From Octopus sinensis (lineage: Eukaryota): 64,000 nt of DNA. Positions 1 through 10,260 of the stretch are shown here, piece after piece (the stretch's first letter is position 1; every line of letters begins with the position of its first letter). The stretch is from positions 78,926,001 through 78,990,000 of the forward strand of contig NC_042997.1 of the NCBI RefSeq assembly GCF_006345805.1, read 5' to 3'. The notes under the pieces were generated by a model. The model saw nothing but the letters and a program-made list of their open reading frames with translations, was not told the DNA's origin and did not search any database. A program made the translations under genes and the position numbers.

Positions 1-1877
1 CAAGGGAGCTGTCTATTCGGGAAGCTGGTCCCTCTACTGGGTCAACATTTGGCAGGCTCTCCTCCTCCCATTCATTCTCCTCATTCAGCAGTCTTTCATA
101 ATGGCTTCTCCAAGCCTCTTTCTTTTCACTAGTAGTAAAAGCAAGTGCCCCCATCATCCATGCGGACACATTTCTCTCCTATAACATCGCTATTTTCTCT
201 GACACACTGTCTGGCAATCCGAAATACTTCGGCTCTTTGATCCTCGCGACGCTGGACATTGGCAAACTTCTTCTTTTCTGCTGCATCTTTGGCAATGTAG
301 ACCTGCCGCCCAGCCTCCCTTTTGGCTATCTGGTACAGTTCCCTGCTGCCCCCATCCTTCCAGGCTTTCCAGGCCCGTCTCTTTTCACAGATGGCTTTAT
401 CTACTGCACTATTCCACCACCACGTAATTCTAGGTCTGGAAGGGACTTTGCACCATCCACAGACTTGGTCTGTGGCACTCAACAAGCTGTCCCGTAGGAA
501 TTCCTAGCTACCTTCTATGTCTGACGTCTGAAGCTCCTCCTCCCTCTCATCAAATTTCTTGATGAGTATGTCCCTAAATTTCTGACCATGCGAAGGGTTC
601 TTTAGCCTCCAATCCTTCTTTTCTGGATTGGTTTGTTTCTTGGAGTCCTTCTGGCCTCAAGCTTAAGTCACTGATGATTAGTCTATGCTGAGGGATACAT
701 TCTTCACCCGGGAGGGTCTTTGTATTCAAGAGCAACCCTGCATCCCGTTGTCTGGTGAGGATGAAGTCTATTTGGCTAGCGGAGTCTCCTGACTGATAAG
801 TTATAAGGTGGCAGACTGGCTTCTTGAAGTTAGTGTTGCAGATTGAAAGGTTACATGCATCACGAATTCCAGCAGTCTAGTTCCCTCATCATTTCTGGTG
901 CCAATACCATAGCCACCATGTACCCCAGTGAAGATACCCGATTCCCGCCCAACATGCCCATTAAAATCTCCACCTACAAAGATGAGGTCCTATTACTAGT
1001 CTTTGAAGTAGCCTGCAGAAGGGTATCATAAAAGTTGTCCTTCTGATCATTTGGTAGTCCCGCTTGTGGGGCATAGGCTGAGATAATCATAGCTGTGCCA
1101 CCCTGTAGGACCAACCTGAGCTTAAGCACTCTATCACAAACCCTGACAACCTCTATGACCTTATCCACCCATTCCTCCGCAAGGAGAATGCCTACACCCT
1201 ACACCTTCCGCGTTACCTTGCCAGTTAGAGTTTGTTCCTAAGTGCCTTGGCCGTGAGGACCCTAGCCGAAGCATCTCTCCATCTTACCTCTGTATGCAGA
1301 TACATCAACCTGTCTTCTCTCTAGCATCTCTACAATCTCACTAGACTTGCTGTCAATGTACCAACATTGATAGTGCCAACTCTGAAAACTGGGAAGGAGA
1401 TGTGGGGGGGACGGGGCGGATTCGGCGCCTGAGAAGAGGAGGGTTGTTGTGGTGGTGATAATTTTCGTGGTATTTTTCTTTTGATCTCTCTTCCAACCTG
1501 AACGCGTGGGCAGAGCTGGTGTTAGCAGTGGACATTCGTTATCGTCACTGAGTAACGTAATTAGGTAGAGGAAAGAAATACAGATATTCTAGAGTTGAGT
1601 TGGGGAGGGGGTCCAGTTGAGGCGGGTAGTATAGGGGAGCAACCCAGGGGAGGTTGGGTAAGGAGGAACGATGACAGGAAGGATTGGTGTGGGTTCGTAA
1701 GAAATAAAAACGTAGGATATTACGAGACGGGAGGGTACTAAAAGGGGATGGTCGGATTGAGGCAGTGTCAGGAGGGAGCAAAGATCGGTGGGCAGTTGAT
1801 GAGCTATGTCGCTAGCAGCTTGTCTTTTCACAGTGAAGGGGGGAGGAGGAGGGAGTAGGGCGTATCCGGTGTAGATG

Positions 1878-2219
1878 GTGAGAACAGGGTATACTGGTAT
1901 TGGTGGTGGGGGTGAGAACAGTGTTCACCGGTATTGGTGGTGGGGGTGAGAACAGTGTTCACCGGTATTGGTGGTGGCGGAGAGAACAGTGTTCACCGGT
2001 ATTGGTGGTGGCGGAGAGAACAGTGTTCACCGGTATTGGTGGTGGCGGAGAGAACAGTGTTCACCGGTATTGGTGGTGGCGGAGAGAACAGTGTTCACCG
2101 GTATTGGTGGTGGCGGAGAGAACAGTGTTCACCGGTATTGGTGGTGGCGGAGAGAACAGTGTTCACCTGTATTGGTGGTGCGGAGGAGAGAACAGTGTTC
2201 ACCGGTATTGGTGGTGGGG
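1878..2219. repeat. 34-bp minisatellite (GAGAACAGTGTTCACCGGTATTGGTGGTGGCGGA), 9 near-perfect copies plus 1 degenerate copy
   Basis: Directly visible; the 34-nt period explains why the same peptide appears in all three + frames of the ORF track. Confidence 0.97.
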
Positions 2220-2235
2220 GTGGGGGGGCGGGCGC

Positions 2236-2899
2236 ACCGCCGATGGGAAAGATGGGAAAAGATAGGATTACGGCTTGAGGTAGCCTAAGGTTAAATTTTG
2301 TAGAGAGAGAGATAGGAAAGATAAATCAAGTTATGGCGAAGGCTTGAAAGTAGCCTAAAAGGTTAAATTTTCGTAGCGAATGAGATGGGTAAGATGAATC
2401 AAGTTATCAATGTATGAATAAACGTAGTAACAACGAATAAAAATAGTAAGATAAATTTTTAAGAACTTGCTGCGGGCATCGACCGGGGGGTTGAAATTGA
2501 AGAAGAAAGTAAGTTGAATTGGGAATTTAAATTGCAGAATCGTAATGGTAATGGCGATTTTCAAGTTTTAGCATGAGAAGAAGAAGAGGAGGAAAAAAAA
2601 GAGACCGCCAATGGCGGAAAGATGGGAAAAGATAGGATTACGGCTTGAGGTAGCCTAAGGTTAAATTTTGTAGAGAGAGAGATAGGGAAGATAAATCAAG
2701 TTATGGCGAAGGCTTGAAAGTAGCCTAAAAGGTTAAATTTTCGTAGCGAATGAGATGGGTAAGATGAATCAAGTTATCAATGTATGAATAAACGTAGTAA
2801 CAACGAATAAAAATAGTAAGATAAATTTTTAAGAACTTGCTGCGGGCATCGACCGGGGGGTTGAAATTGAAGAAGAAAGTAAGTTGAATTGGGAATTTA
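2236..2899. repeat. Direct tandem duplication, ~370-bp period (copies ~2236-2529 and ~2604-2899)
   Basis: Near-identical blocks from GAAAGATGGGAAAAGATAGG to GTTGAATTGGGAATTT; identical peptide stretch in ORFs 2355..2564 and 2725..2958. Confidence 0.95.
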
Positions 2900-2924
2900 T
2901 ATATATATACATATATATATATAC

Positions 2925-2955
<31 letters not shown>

Positions 2956-2961
2956 CATATA

Positions 2962-3719
2962 TCTCTTATTATAAAAGGCAGATTTTATCTGCCTCCCTTT
3001 GGGAGTTATACAAATCTAAAATATAGGATTTCTTCAATTACAATTTACCTAGCATTTTTAAGAGTACAATGCATCGCGTCATGCCAGGTCCAGTTTTTAA
3101 AATTTAAACTCCAATTAAGCAAAATTTACAGAAAACTCACATTCTGGTGTGTGTGTCAAATGCTTTTCTTAGTCTGGTTTACAGCACACGCAAACGCACA
3201 CACACAGTGTGCAATGAATAAACTGAAACTAAATCACTGTGTGTTGACAGGTAGAAAATAGAATGCGATGGCGATGGCTATGGCGATGGCGATGGCTATG
3301 GCGATGGCGATGGCGATGTAATATTTGTTTCTCTCTATGACGCTCATAAAAGCATTGATGTACATGTGTGCGTGCGTGAGTGTGTGTGTGTCATTCCTCA
3401 CATATACGCATACACATACATATATGAGAGTGGCAAACACAAACGTTTCAAACAACTACATACAAACACGTGTGTGTTTGTTATTAGTAAAAAAAGGCGC
3501 CAAAACACAACTCACTTATCATTCCAACACATTTGCAAAGACACACGGACGGTCGAATAACAATACAGAAAAGGTAAATTGGTTTTTATTTTACTCTGTA
3601 TATATTTTAGTATATAATATTATATATAGATATATGTATATATAATTGCAGTATGAAACAGTGTTTATGTATAAACAGACGACACTTATATATAGTTATT
3701 AATAAATGTATGCATCCGT
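2962..3719 (+). mobile_element. Possible non-autonomous Helitron 5' part (3' end not found)
   Basis: A|TCTCTTATTATAAAA start resembles the 5' end of the complete Helitron at 4643; no CTAG/hairpin end identified. Confidence 0.3.
3265..3318. repeat. (GCGATG/GCTATG)n hexamer microsatellite
   Basis: Directly visible, 9 units. Confidence 0.95.
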
Positions 3720-3723
3720 TTAA

Positions 3724-4533
3724 CCCTTTCGTTACCAAACCGCCCGAAAAAATTTTGGTTAATGTGACCAAGCCGCCCGAATTTATTTAAATGAGAATAT
3801 CAGAGTAAATCTCTTTAGAACATTTGTGAAAACACGTATTATACTTCGTAAACAGTTCAACTACAGTTTTGTACAAAAATCGAAGTGTAATTTTAATTCC
3901 GTGAATTATGGGAGATTTTTTTCCGAAATTTGTTCCTATTGTGTTTTCAAAATTTGTAATTCTGACAAAAAATGGATACGAATTTCATTATATCAAGCAG
4001 CGAGTCAGAATTCGAAGGATTTTCTACTGAAGACCTTCATAAATCTAACTCTATGACTGAAAAAAAAAAGCATGTGGTATTTGATCTCAACCTAAACAAA
4101 GCGAAAGAAACGATAGTTTGTTATTTCTCCACAACCTTAAATGAAATTAAGGCCTATTTTGCCATAAATATTATTATGGGGATAGAAAGTTACCCAGAAT
4201 AACAAATTCTATCGTAAAATTTTGTTGTATACCCATTGAATATTAGCTAATAACCCATTTTCTATAGCGATGTTTGAACAAAATTTTAATAATTTTATAT
4301 ATTGTTGAATTTACCTGTATCTACCTGCAATTAGAGTCACTTTGTGAAAAAATTATAGTATAGAATTGGTTGAGAACATTTCACTAAATTATCTTCCAAA
4401 AATCAGATTAATATATTCATAAATAAAAAAGTTATAGTTGTTTAATGAAACCAGACTAAATTTATGATTACGTTAGAAATTAATTGAAACACATAAGGGG
4501 TGTATTTTGGTCAGAAATATAGTAACGAAAGGG
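3724..4533 (+). mobile_element. Internally deleted piggyBac element with transposase remnant
   Basis: TTAA at 3720-3723 and 4534-4537; 12-bp TIRs CCCTTTCGTTAC/GTAACGAAAGGG. ORF 3972..4202 has an acidic N-terminus (SSSESEFEGFS) and TTLNEIKAYFAINIIMG, resembling the piggyBac/PGBD transposase N-terminal block. Confidence 0.9.
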
Positions 4534-4642
4534 TTAAGAAAAACCAAAAAATATTTATTCTTTGTAAATGTTGTGTTCAAAATAACATTTTCTTTTAAGA
4601 ATGTGTCATAACAAAGTATGTGCATATAACTACGTGCTTATA

Positions 4643-5038
4643 TCTTTATATATAAGAGTGAAGTTGTGTGTCTGTCTCCTACGATTTCGATTCGTAACTA
4701 CTCCCACATTTTGCGGTGTAGTTTAACCGAAAAGCGGGTATCTTATAGTCGTGATTCATATCGAGCCCTTCTGGGTATTAGCGCGCGTCTACGATGAGTC
4801 TACGATTTAAAAAAAAATTTACCATCATATTTTTCCATTTTAATGCATATTTTTCGTTATTATATAAGGGAGTAACTCTCTAAAAATATACGATGTGTCA
4901 ACGATTTAAAATAAAAATTACCTTAATTTTTTTCAATTTTTAATGCATTTTTTTGCTATTTTTTGGCTATAACTCTCTAAAAATGCTTATATAGTTATTT
5001 CCCTTACAAACCCGAGCAACGCCGGACAATACTGCTAG
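4643..5038 (+). mobile_element. Complete non-autonomous Helitron (396 bp)
   Basis: 5' A|TCTTTATATATAA; 3' hairpin-like CCCGAGCAACGCCGG followed by CTAG|T; inserted in an AT target with no TSD. Confidence 0.88.
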
Positions 5039-5535
5039 TATATATATATATACATATATATATATATACACATATATATATACACATATATATATACATA
5101 TATATATATACACATATATATACACATATATATATACATATATATATATACACATATATATACATATATATTATACACATATATATATACATATATATAA
5201 ATACACATATATATATACATATATATATATACACATATAATATACACATATATATATACATATATATATATATATTATATTATACACATATATATATACA
5301 CATATATATACACAATATATATACATATATATATATACACATATATATAACACATATTATAATACATATACATATATATATTACATACACATATATATAT
5401 AAACATTTATATATACATATACATATATATATACATATATATATATATACATATATATATACATATACATATATATATACATATACATATATATATACAT
5501 ATACATATATATATATACATATATATACATATATA
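5039..5535. repeat. Degenerate (TA)n/(TACA)n microsatellite
   Basis: Directly visible. Confidence 0.98.
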
Positions 5536-7345
5536 TTCAAGAGTGTTTTCAAGAGTGTTTTCACCCCACCCCTTGGGCATTTCCAAATCAGCAATCCAAC
5601 TGACTTCTTCACCACTGCAGATATGGGGTCAGAGGCGGCGATGATTGATTACATCAATATAAAGGAAGATGATGTAATAAAGGCTATAGATGAGATGGAA
5701 ACAAACTCAGCTACTGGCCCCGATGGATTCCCAGCAATCCTTCTAAAAGTATGTAAGAGGGTCCTAGCAAGGCCACTGCGGTCTCTCTTTCAGAGCTTCC
5801 TTGCAACTGCAGGAAGGTAAAATATGCCCTATTCATAAAGGAGGTAGCAGAGCGGAGGCCAAGAACTACAGACCTATCTCTCTCACCTCACACATCAGCA
5901 AGGTCATGGAACGAATAGTCAGAAGGAAACTAATCACCTTCCTTGAAGAAAATGACTTGCTGCCTGACACCCAACATGGTTTCCGACCAGGAAGAAGCTG
6001 CTTAACTCAGCTCCTACAACACTATGACTGGGTGCTGAAACAACTGCTCAACCACTCAAATGTGGAAGTGATATATCTCGACTTTGCAAAGGCCTTTGAT
6101 AAAGTCGATCATGGAATGATATGTCACAAACTGCGTGATCTCAACATAGTTGGAAAACTGGGAGAATGGCTTCATGACTTTCTGAAGAATAGAAGTCAGG
6201 TGGTAACAGCCAATGGGGCCACTTCCATTAACACGCAAATAGTGAGCGGTGTTCCGCAGGGCACTGTTTTGGGACCACTACTGTTCATAATGGCCCTCAC
6301 AGACATGCCCTCAGCCACGCAGAGAGCCACAATCACAAGTTATGCAGATGATACAAAAGTCTCACAGGTAATACAGAACCCTGAAGACACTAAGCACCTG
6401 CAATGTGAGCTGGACGAAATATACAAGTGGGCTGAAAAGAATAGCATGCAGTTCAATGCTGAAAAGATTCAAGCTTTATACTATCAGCATGCAAAACTGC
6501 ATGCAATACCCAATGAATACACTAGACCCGGAGGGATTGCAATGCCAGAGGCACAATCATTGCGTGACTTGGGTATTCACATGAGTGATGACGCGACCTT
6601 TCATGTACATGTTGCTAAACTGGCAATGAAATGTAGACGGCTGGCTGGATGGATTCCTAGAACCTTTAGAACAAGAGAACAAGAAACCATGATGGTCCTC
6701 TGGAAGACACTTGTCCTAAGCCACTTTGACTATTGCTCTCAGCTATGGTCACCATCCAGTGTCAAGATGATCACAGAACTTGAGGCGATCCAACAAAGCT
6801 ACACGAAGAAGATAGCCTCTGTGCAGCATATGAGCTACTGGGAAAGACTCAAGAGATTAAAGCTCTATTCCCTGGAGCGTAGGCGAGAAAGACATGCCAT
6901 AATATATATCTGGAAGATCCTGGAAGGACTTGTCCCAAACTTTGGCATCGAGAGTCACACAAATGCCAGAACCGGGCGCCACTGCGTAGTAACAAGGACT
7001 CCAAATTAGCCATCAAGATGTAAGACAAGATATTGTGATAGCCTGGGCTTCAGAGGCCCACAGCTCTTCAATATCCTCCCAAAGAACCTGAGGGACCTGC
7101 ATGGTGTAGATGTGGATGTCTTTAAAGTAGAACTGGACCTCTTCCTGTCAGGTGTCCCGGATGAACCAACTTCACGGCAGGAGGTGCAGATGAGGATAGC
7201 TGCATCGAACTCTCTCATGCATCAGATGGCGTTTGCTAAAAAGCATCCGTGAGGTAAAATCGTGCAGCAAACCAAATGGCAGTGCCCCAGCATGGCCACA
7301 GCTCATTAGCTGAAACTGGAAAAATCAAAATCAAAAATCAAAATC
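5536..7345 (+). mobile_element. CR1/L2 (Jockey-group) LINE copy 1, 5'-truncated
   Basis: RT-encoding ORF plus 3' tail GTGCCCCAGCATGGCCACAGCTCATTAGCTGAAACT followed by AAAATC-type repeats; flanked by TA microsatellites on both sides. Confidence 0.92.
5801..7009 (+). pseudogene. Non-LTR reverse transcriptase, 402-aa open remnant of ORF2
   Basis: NYRPISLTS, QHGFRPGRSC, YLDFAKAFDKV, SGVPQGTVLGPLLF, YADDT, RDLGI and SLERRRER motifs. Frameshifting deletion near 5805 and premature TAG at 7007 relative to copy 2. Confidence 0.95.
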
Positions 7346-7726
7346 ATATATACATATATATATACATATACATATATATATATACACATATATATATACA
7401 CACATATACATATATATACATACATATATATACACACATATACATATATATACATATATATATATACATATATATACATACATATATATATACTTAGATA
7501 TATACATATATATATATATACATACATACATATATATATACATGTATATATACATACATATATATATAACATGTATATATACATACATATATATATATAC
7601 ATATATATATATACATATATATATATACATATATATATACATATAATATAACATATATATATACATATATATATATACATTATATATATATATATATATA
7701 CATTATATATAATATATACATATATA
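7346..7726. repeat. (TA)n/(TACA)n microsatellite
   Basis: Directly visible. Confidence 0.98.
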
Positions 7727-10162
7727 GGGGCATCAAGCTGTTGGATCAGGTAATGAAGGTTACGGAGAGGGTTATAGCCCAGTTAATTAGAGAGAGAGTT
7801 AGCTTAGATGATATGCAGTTTGGGTTCGTGCCAGGGAAAAGTACTATGATGCTATATTCCTGGTAAGACAGCTGCAGGAGAAATACCTAGCCAAAGGTAA
7901 GCCCTTGTACCTGGCTTTTGTTCACTTAGAGAAAGCCTTTGACAGGGTCCCCCGATCCCTATCTGGTGGTCAATGAGGAAACTAGGGATAGATGAATGGT
8001 TAGTGAGAGCTGTGCGAGCCATGTACAGAGACGCAGCTAGGAAGGTGAGGGTTGGCAACGAGTACAGTGAAGAATTCCGGGTAGAGGTTGGGGTCCACCA
8101 AGGTTCAATCCTCAGCCCCCTCCTATTTATCATAGTCCTCCAGGCAATAACGGAAGAATTTAAGACAGGATGCCCCTGGGAGCTCCTATATGCTGATGAC
8201 CTTGCTCTAATTGCTGAGTCACTATCAGAACTGGAGGAGAAGTTTCAGGTGTGGAAGCAAGGATTAGAATCAACCTAGCCAAAACCAAAGTCCTAATAAG
8301 TAGGAAGGTGGACCAACCACAAACGACTTCAGGTAGATGGCCCTGCTCGATCTGTAGAAAAGGTGTAGGTAGAAACTCTATAAGGTGCACCAAGTGTAAG
8401 CTCTGGACACATAAGAGGTGCAGCAATGTCAAAGGTAGGCTAACTGGGAAGATAGTTTTCGTATGTGGCAGATGCTCAGGAGAAATAAACACTGGAAATG
8501 TGCAGAGACCAACTTCTACCACGTTCCAGGGAGACAAACAAGAAGTAGTTGATAGCTTCCGCTACCTTGGAGACCAAATTAGTAGCGGGGGTGGGGTGCT
8601 GTGAAAGTGTAACTGCTAGAGTAAGAATAGCCTGGGCAAAGTTTAGAGAGCTCTTACCCCTGCTGGTGACAAAAGGCCTCTCGCTCAGAGTAAAGGCAGA
8701 CTTTATGATGCATGTGTACGTACAGCCATGCTACATGGTAGTGAAACATGGGCCGTGACTGCTGAGGATATGCGTAAGCTCGCAAGAAATGAAGCCAGTA
8801 TGCTCCGATGGATGTGTAATGTCAGTTTCATAATCGTCAGAGTGTAAGTACCTTGAGAGAGAAAAGTTGAACCTAAGAAGCGTTAGTTGTGGTGTGCAAG
8901 AGAGACGGCTGCGTGGTATGGTCATATGACGAGAATGGCTGAAGATAGTTGTGTGCAAAAGTGCTACACCCTAGCAGTGAGGGAACCTGTGGAAGAGGTA
9001 GACCCAGGAAAACCTGGGACGAAGTGGTGAAGCACGACCTACGAACTTTAGGTCGCACCAAGGAAATGACTAGAGACCGAGACCTATGGAAGTATGCTGT
9101 GCGTGAGAAGACCCGGCAAGACCAGTCAGGCCATAACCCGTGGCCCCTACCTAGGACGTAGTCAGTCCACCTGTGCATACCTTCCTTCTTGTGACACTTG
9201 TGAAGACCTGTTGAGGCAAGTGAAAATCAAACAAAATCAAAATAGATGAACATCAATGGAATTTGTATCTTTGTGGTACCAGTGCCGGTGGCACATAAAA
9301 ACACCATCCGAGCGTGGTCGTCTGCTAGCCTTGTCTGGCACCTGTGTCGGTGGCACATAAAAAACACCATCCGAGCGTGGCCGTTCGCCAGCCTCGTCTG
9401 GCACCTGTGTCGGTGGCACATAAAAAACACCATCCAAGCGTGGTCGTCTGCTAGCCTTGTCTGGCACCTGTGTCGGTGGCACATAAAAACACCATCCGAG
9501 CGTGTCGTCTGCCAGCCTTGTCTGGCACCTGTGTCGGTGGCACATAAAAACACCATCCGAGCGTGGTCGTTCGCCAGCCTCGTCTGGCACCTATGTCGGT
9601 GGCACATAAAAAAAACACCATCCGAGCGTGGTCGTCTGCCAGCCTCGTCTGGCACCTGTGTCGGTGGCACATAAAAACACCATCCGAGCGTGGCCGTTCG
9701 CAGCAGCCTCGTCCGACACTGGTCGGTGGCACATAAAAAAAACACCATCCGAGCGTGGTCGTCTGCAAGCCTTGTCTGGCACCTGTGTCGGTGGCGCATA
9801 AAAACACCATCCGAGCGAGGCCGTTCGCCAGCCTCGTCTGGCACCTGTGTCGGTGGCACATAAAAACACCATCCGAGCGTGGTCGTCTGCCAGCCTTGTC
9901 TGGCACCTGTGTCGGTGGCACATAAAAACACCATCCGAGCGTGGCCGTTCGCCAGCCTCGTCTGGCACCTGTGTCGGTGGCACATAAAATCACCCACTAC
10001 ACTCTCGGAGTGGTTGGCGTTAGGAAGGGCATCCAGCTGTAGAAACACTGCCAGATCTGACTGGCCTGGTACAGCCTTCGGGCTCCCCAGACACCAGTTG
10101 AACCGTCCAACCCATGCTAGCATGGAAAGCGGACGTTAAATGATGATGATGATGATGATGAT
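7727..10162 (+). mobile_element. RTE-clade LINE, 3' portion: RT, C-terminus, long 3' UTR with VNTR and (GAT)n tail
   Basis: QFGFVPG, EKAFDRV, VGVHQGSILSPLLF, ELLYADDL, RYLG, GSETWA and GRGRPRKTW motifs across frameshifted ORFs; ends CCCATGCTAGCATGGAAAGCGGACGTTAAA(TGA)n. Confidence 0.92.
9286..9990. repeat. ~62-bp tandem repeat, 11 units plus a partial unit, in the RTE 3' UTR
   Basis: Unit GGTGGCACATAAAAACACCATCCGAGCGTGG-[TCGTCTGC(T/C)AGCCTT or CCGTTCGCCAGCCTC]-GTCTGGCACCTGTGTC. Confidence 0.97.
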
Positions 10163-10204
10163 ATATATAAGTACATATATATATATACATATATACATAT
10201 AATA

Positions 10205-10244
<40 letters not shown>

Positions 10245-10260
10245 TATATATATATATATG

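Larger units (their letters stand above)
1..2899 (-). mobile_element. RTE-clade LINE, 5' portion: putative 5' UTR plus degenerate APE endonuclease region, running off the window start
   Basis: Minus-strand frames give APE motifs: RVGTINVGTL (~1380), ISAYAPQ (974..1168 ORF), a GDFNGH-like segment, then TWWWNSAVDKAICEKRRAWKAWK (129..485 ORF). Multiple frameshifts. Coding homology ends ~1400; extending the element to 2899 is inferred. Confidence 0.85.

Noticed and set aside
1914-1930. Steroid-response-element-like AGAACAGTGTTC
   Set aside because: The spacer is 1 nt rather than 3, and the motif is only part of a TE minisatellite.
1900-2288. Three overlapping repetitive ORFs
   Set aside because: Artefact of a 34-bp stop-free repeat cycling through the frames.
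9286-9990. CRISPR-like array (constant block plus variable block)
   Set aside because: The variable blocks are two recurring variants rather than unique spacers; there are no cas genes; the array sits inside a eukaryotic LINE 3' UTR.
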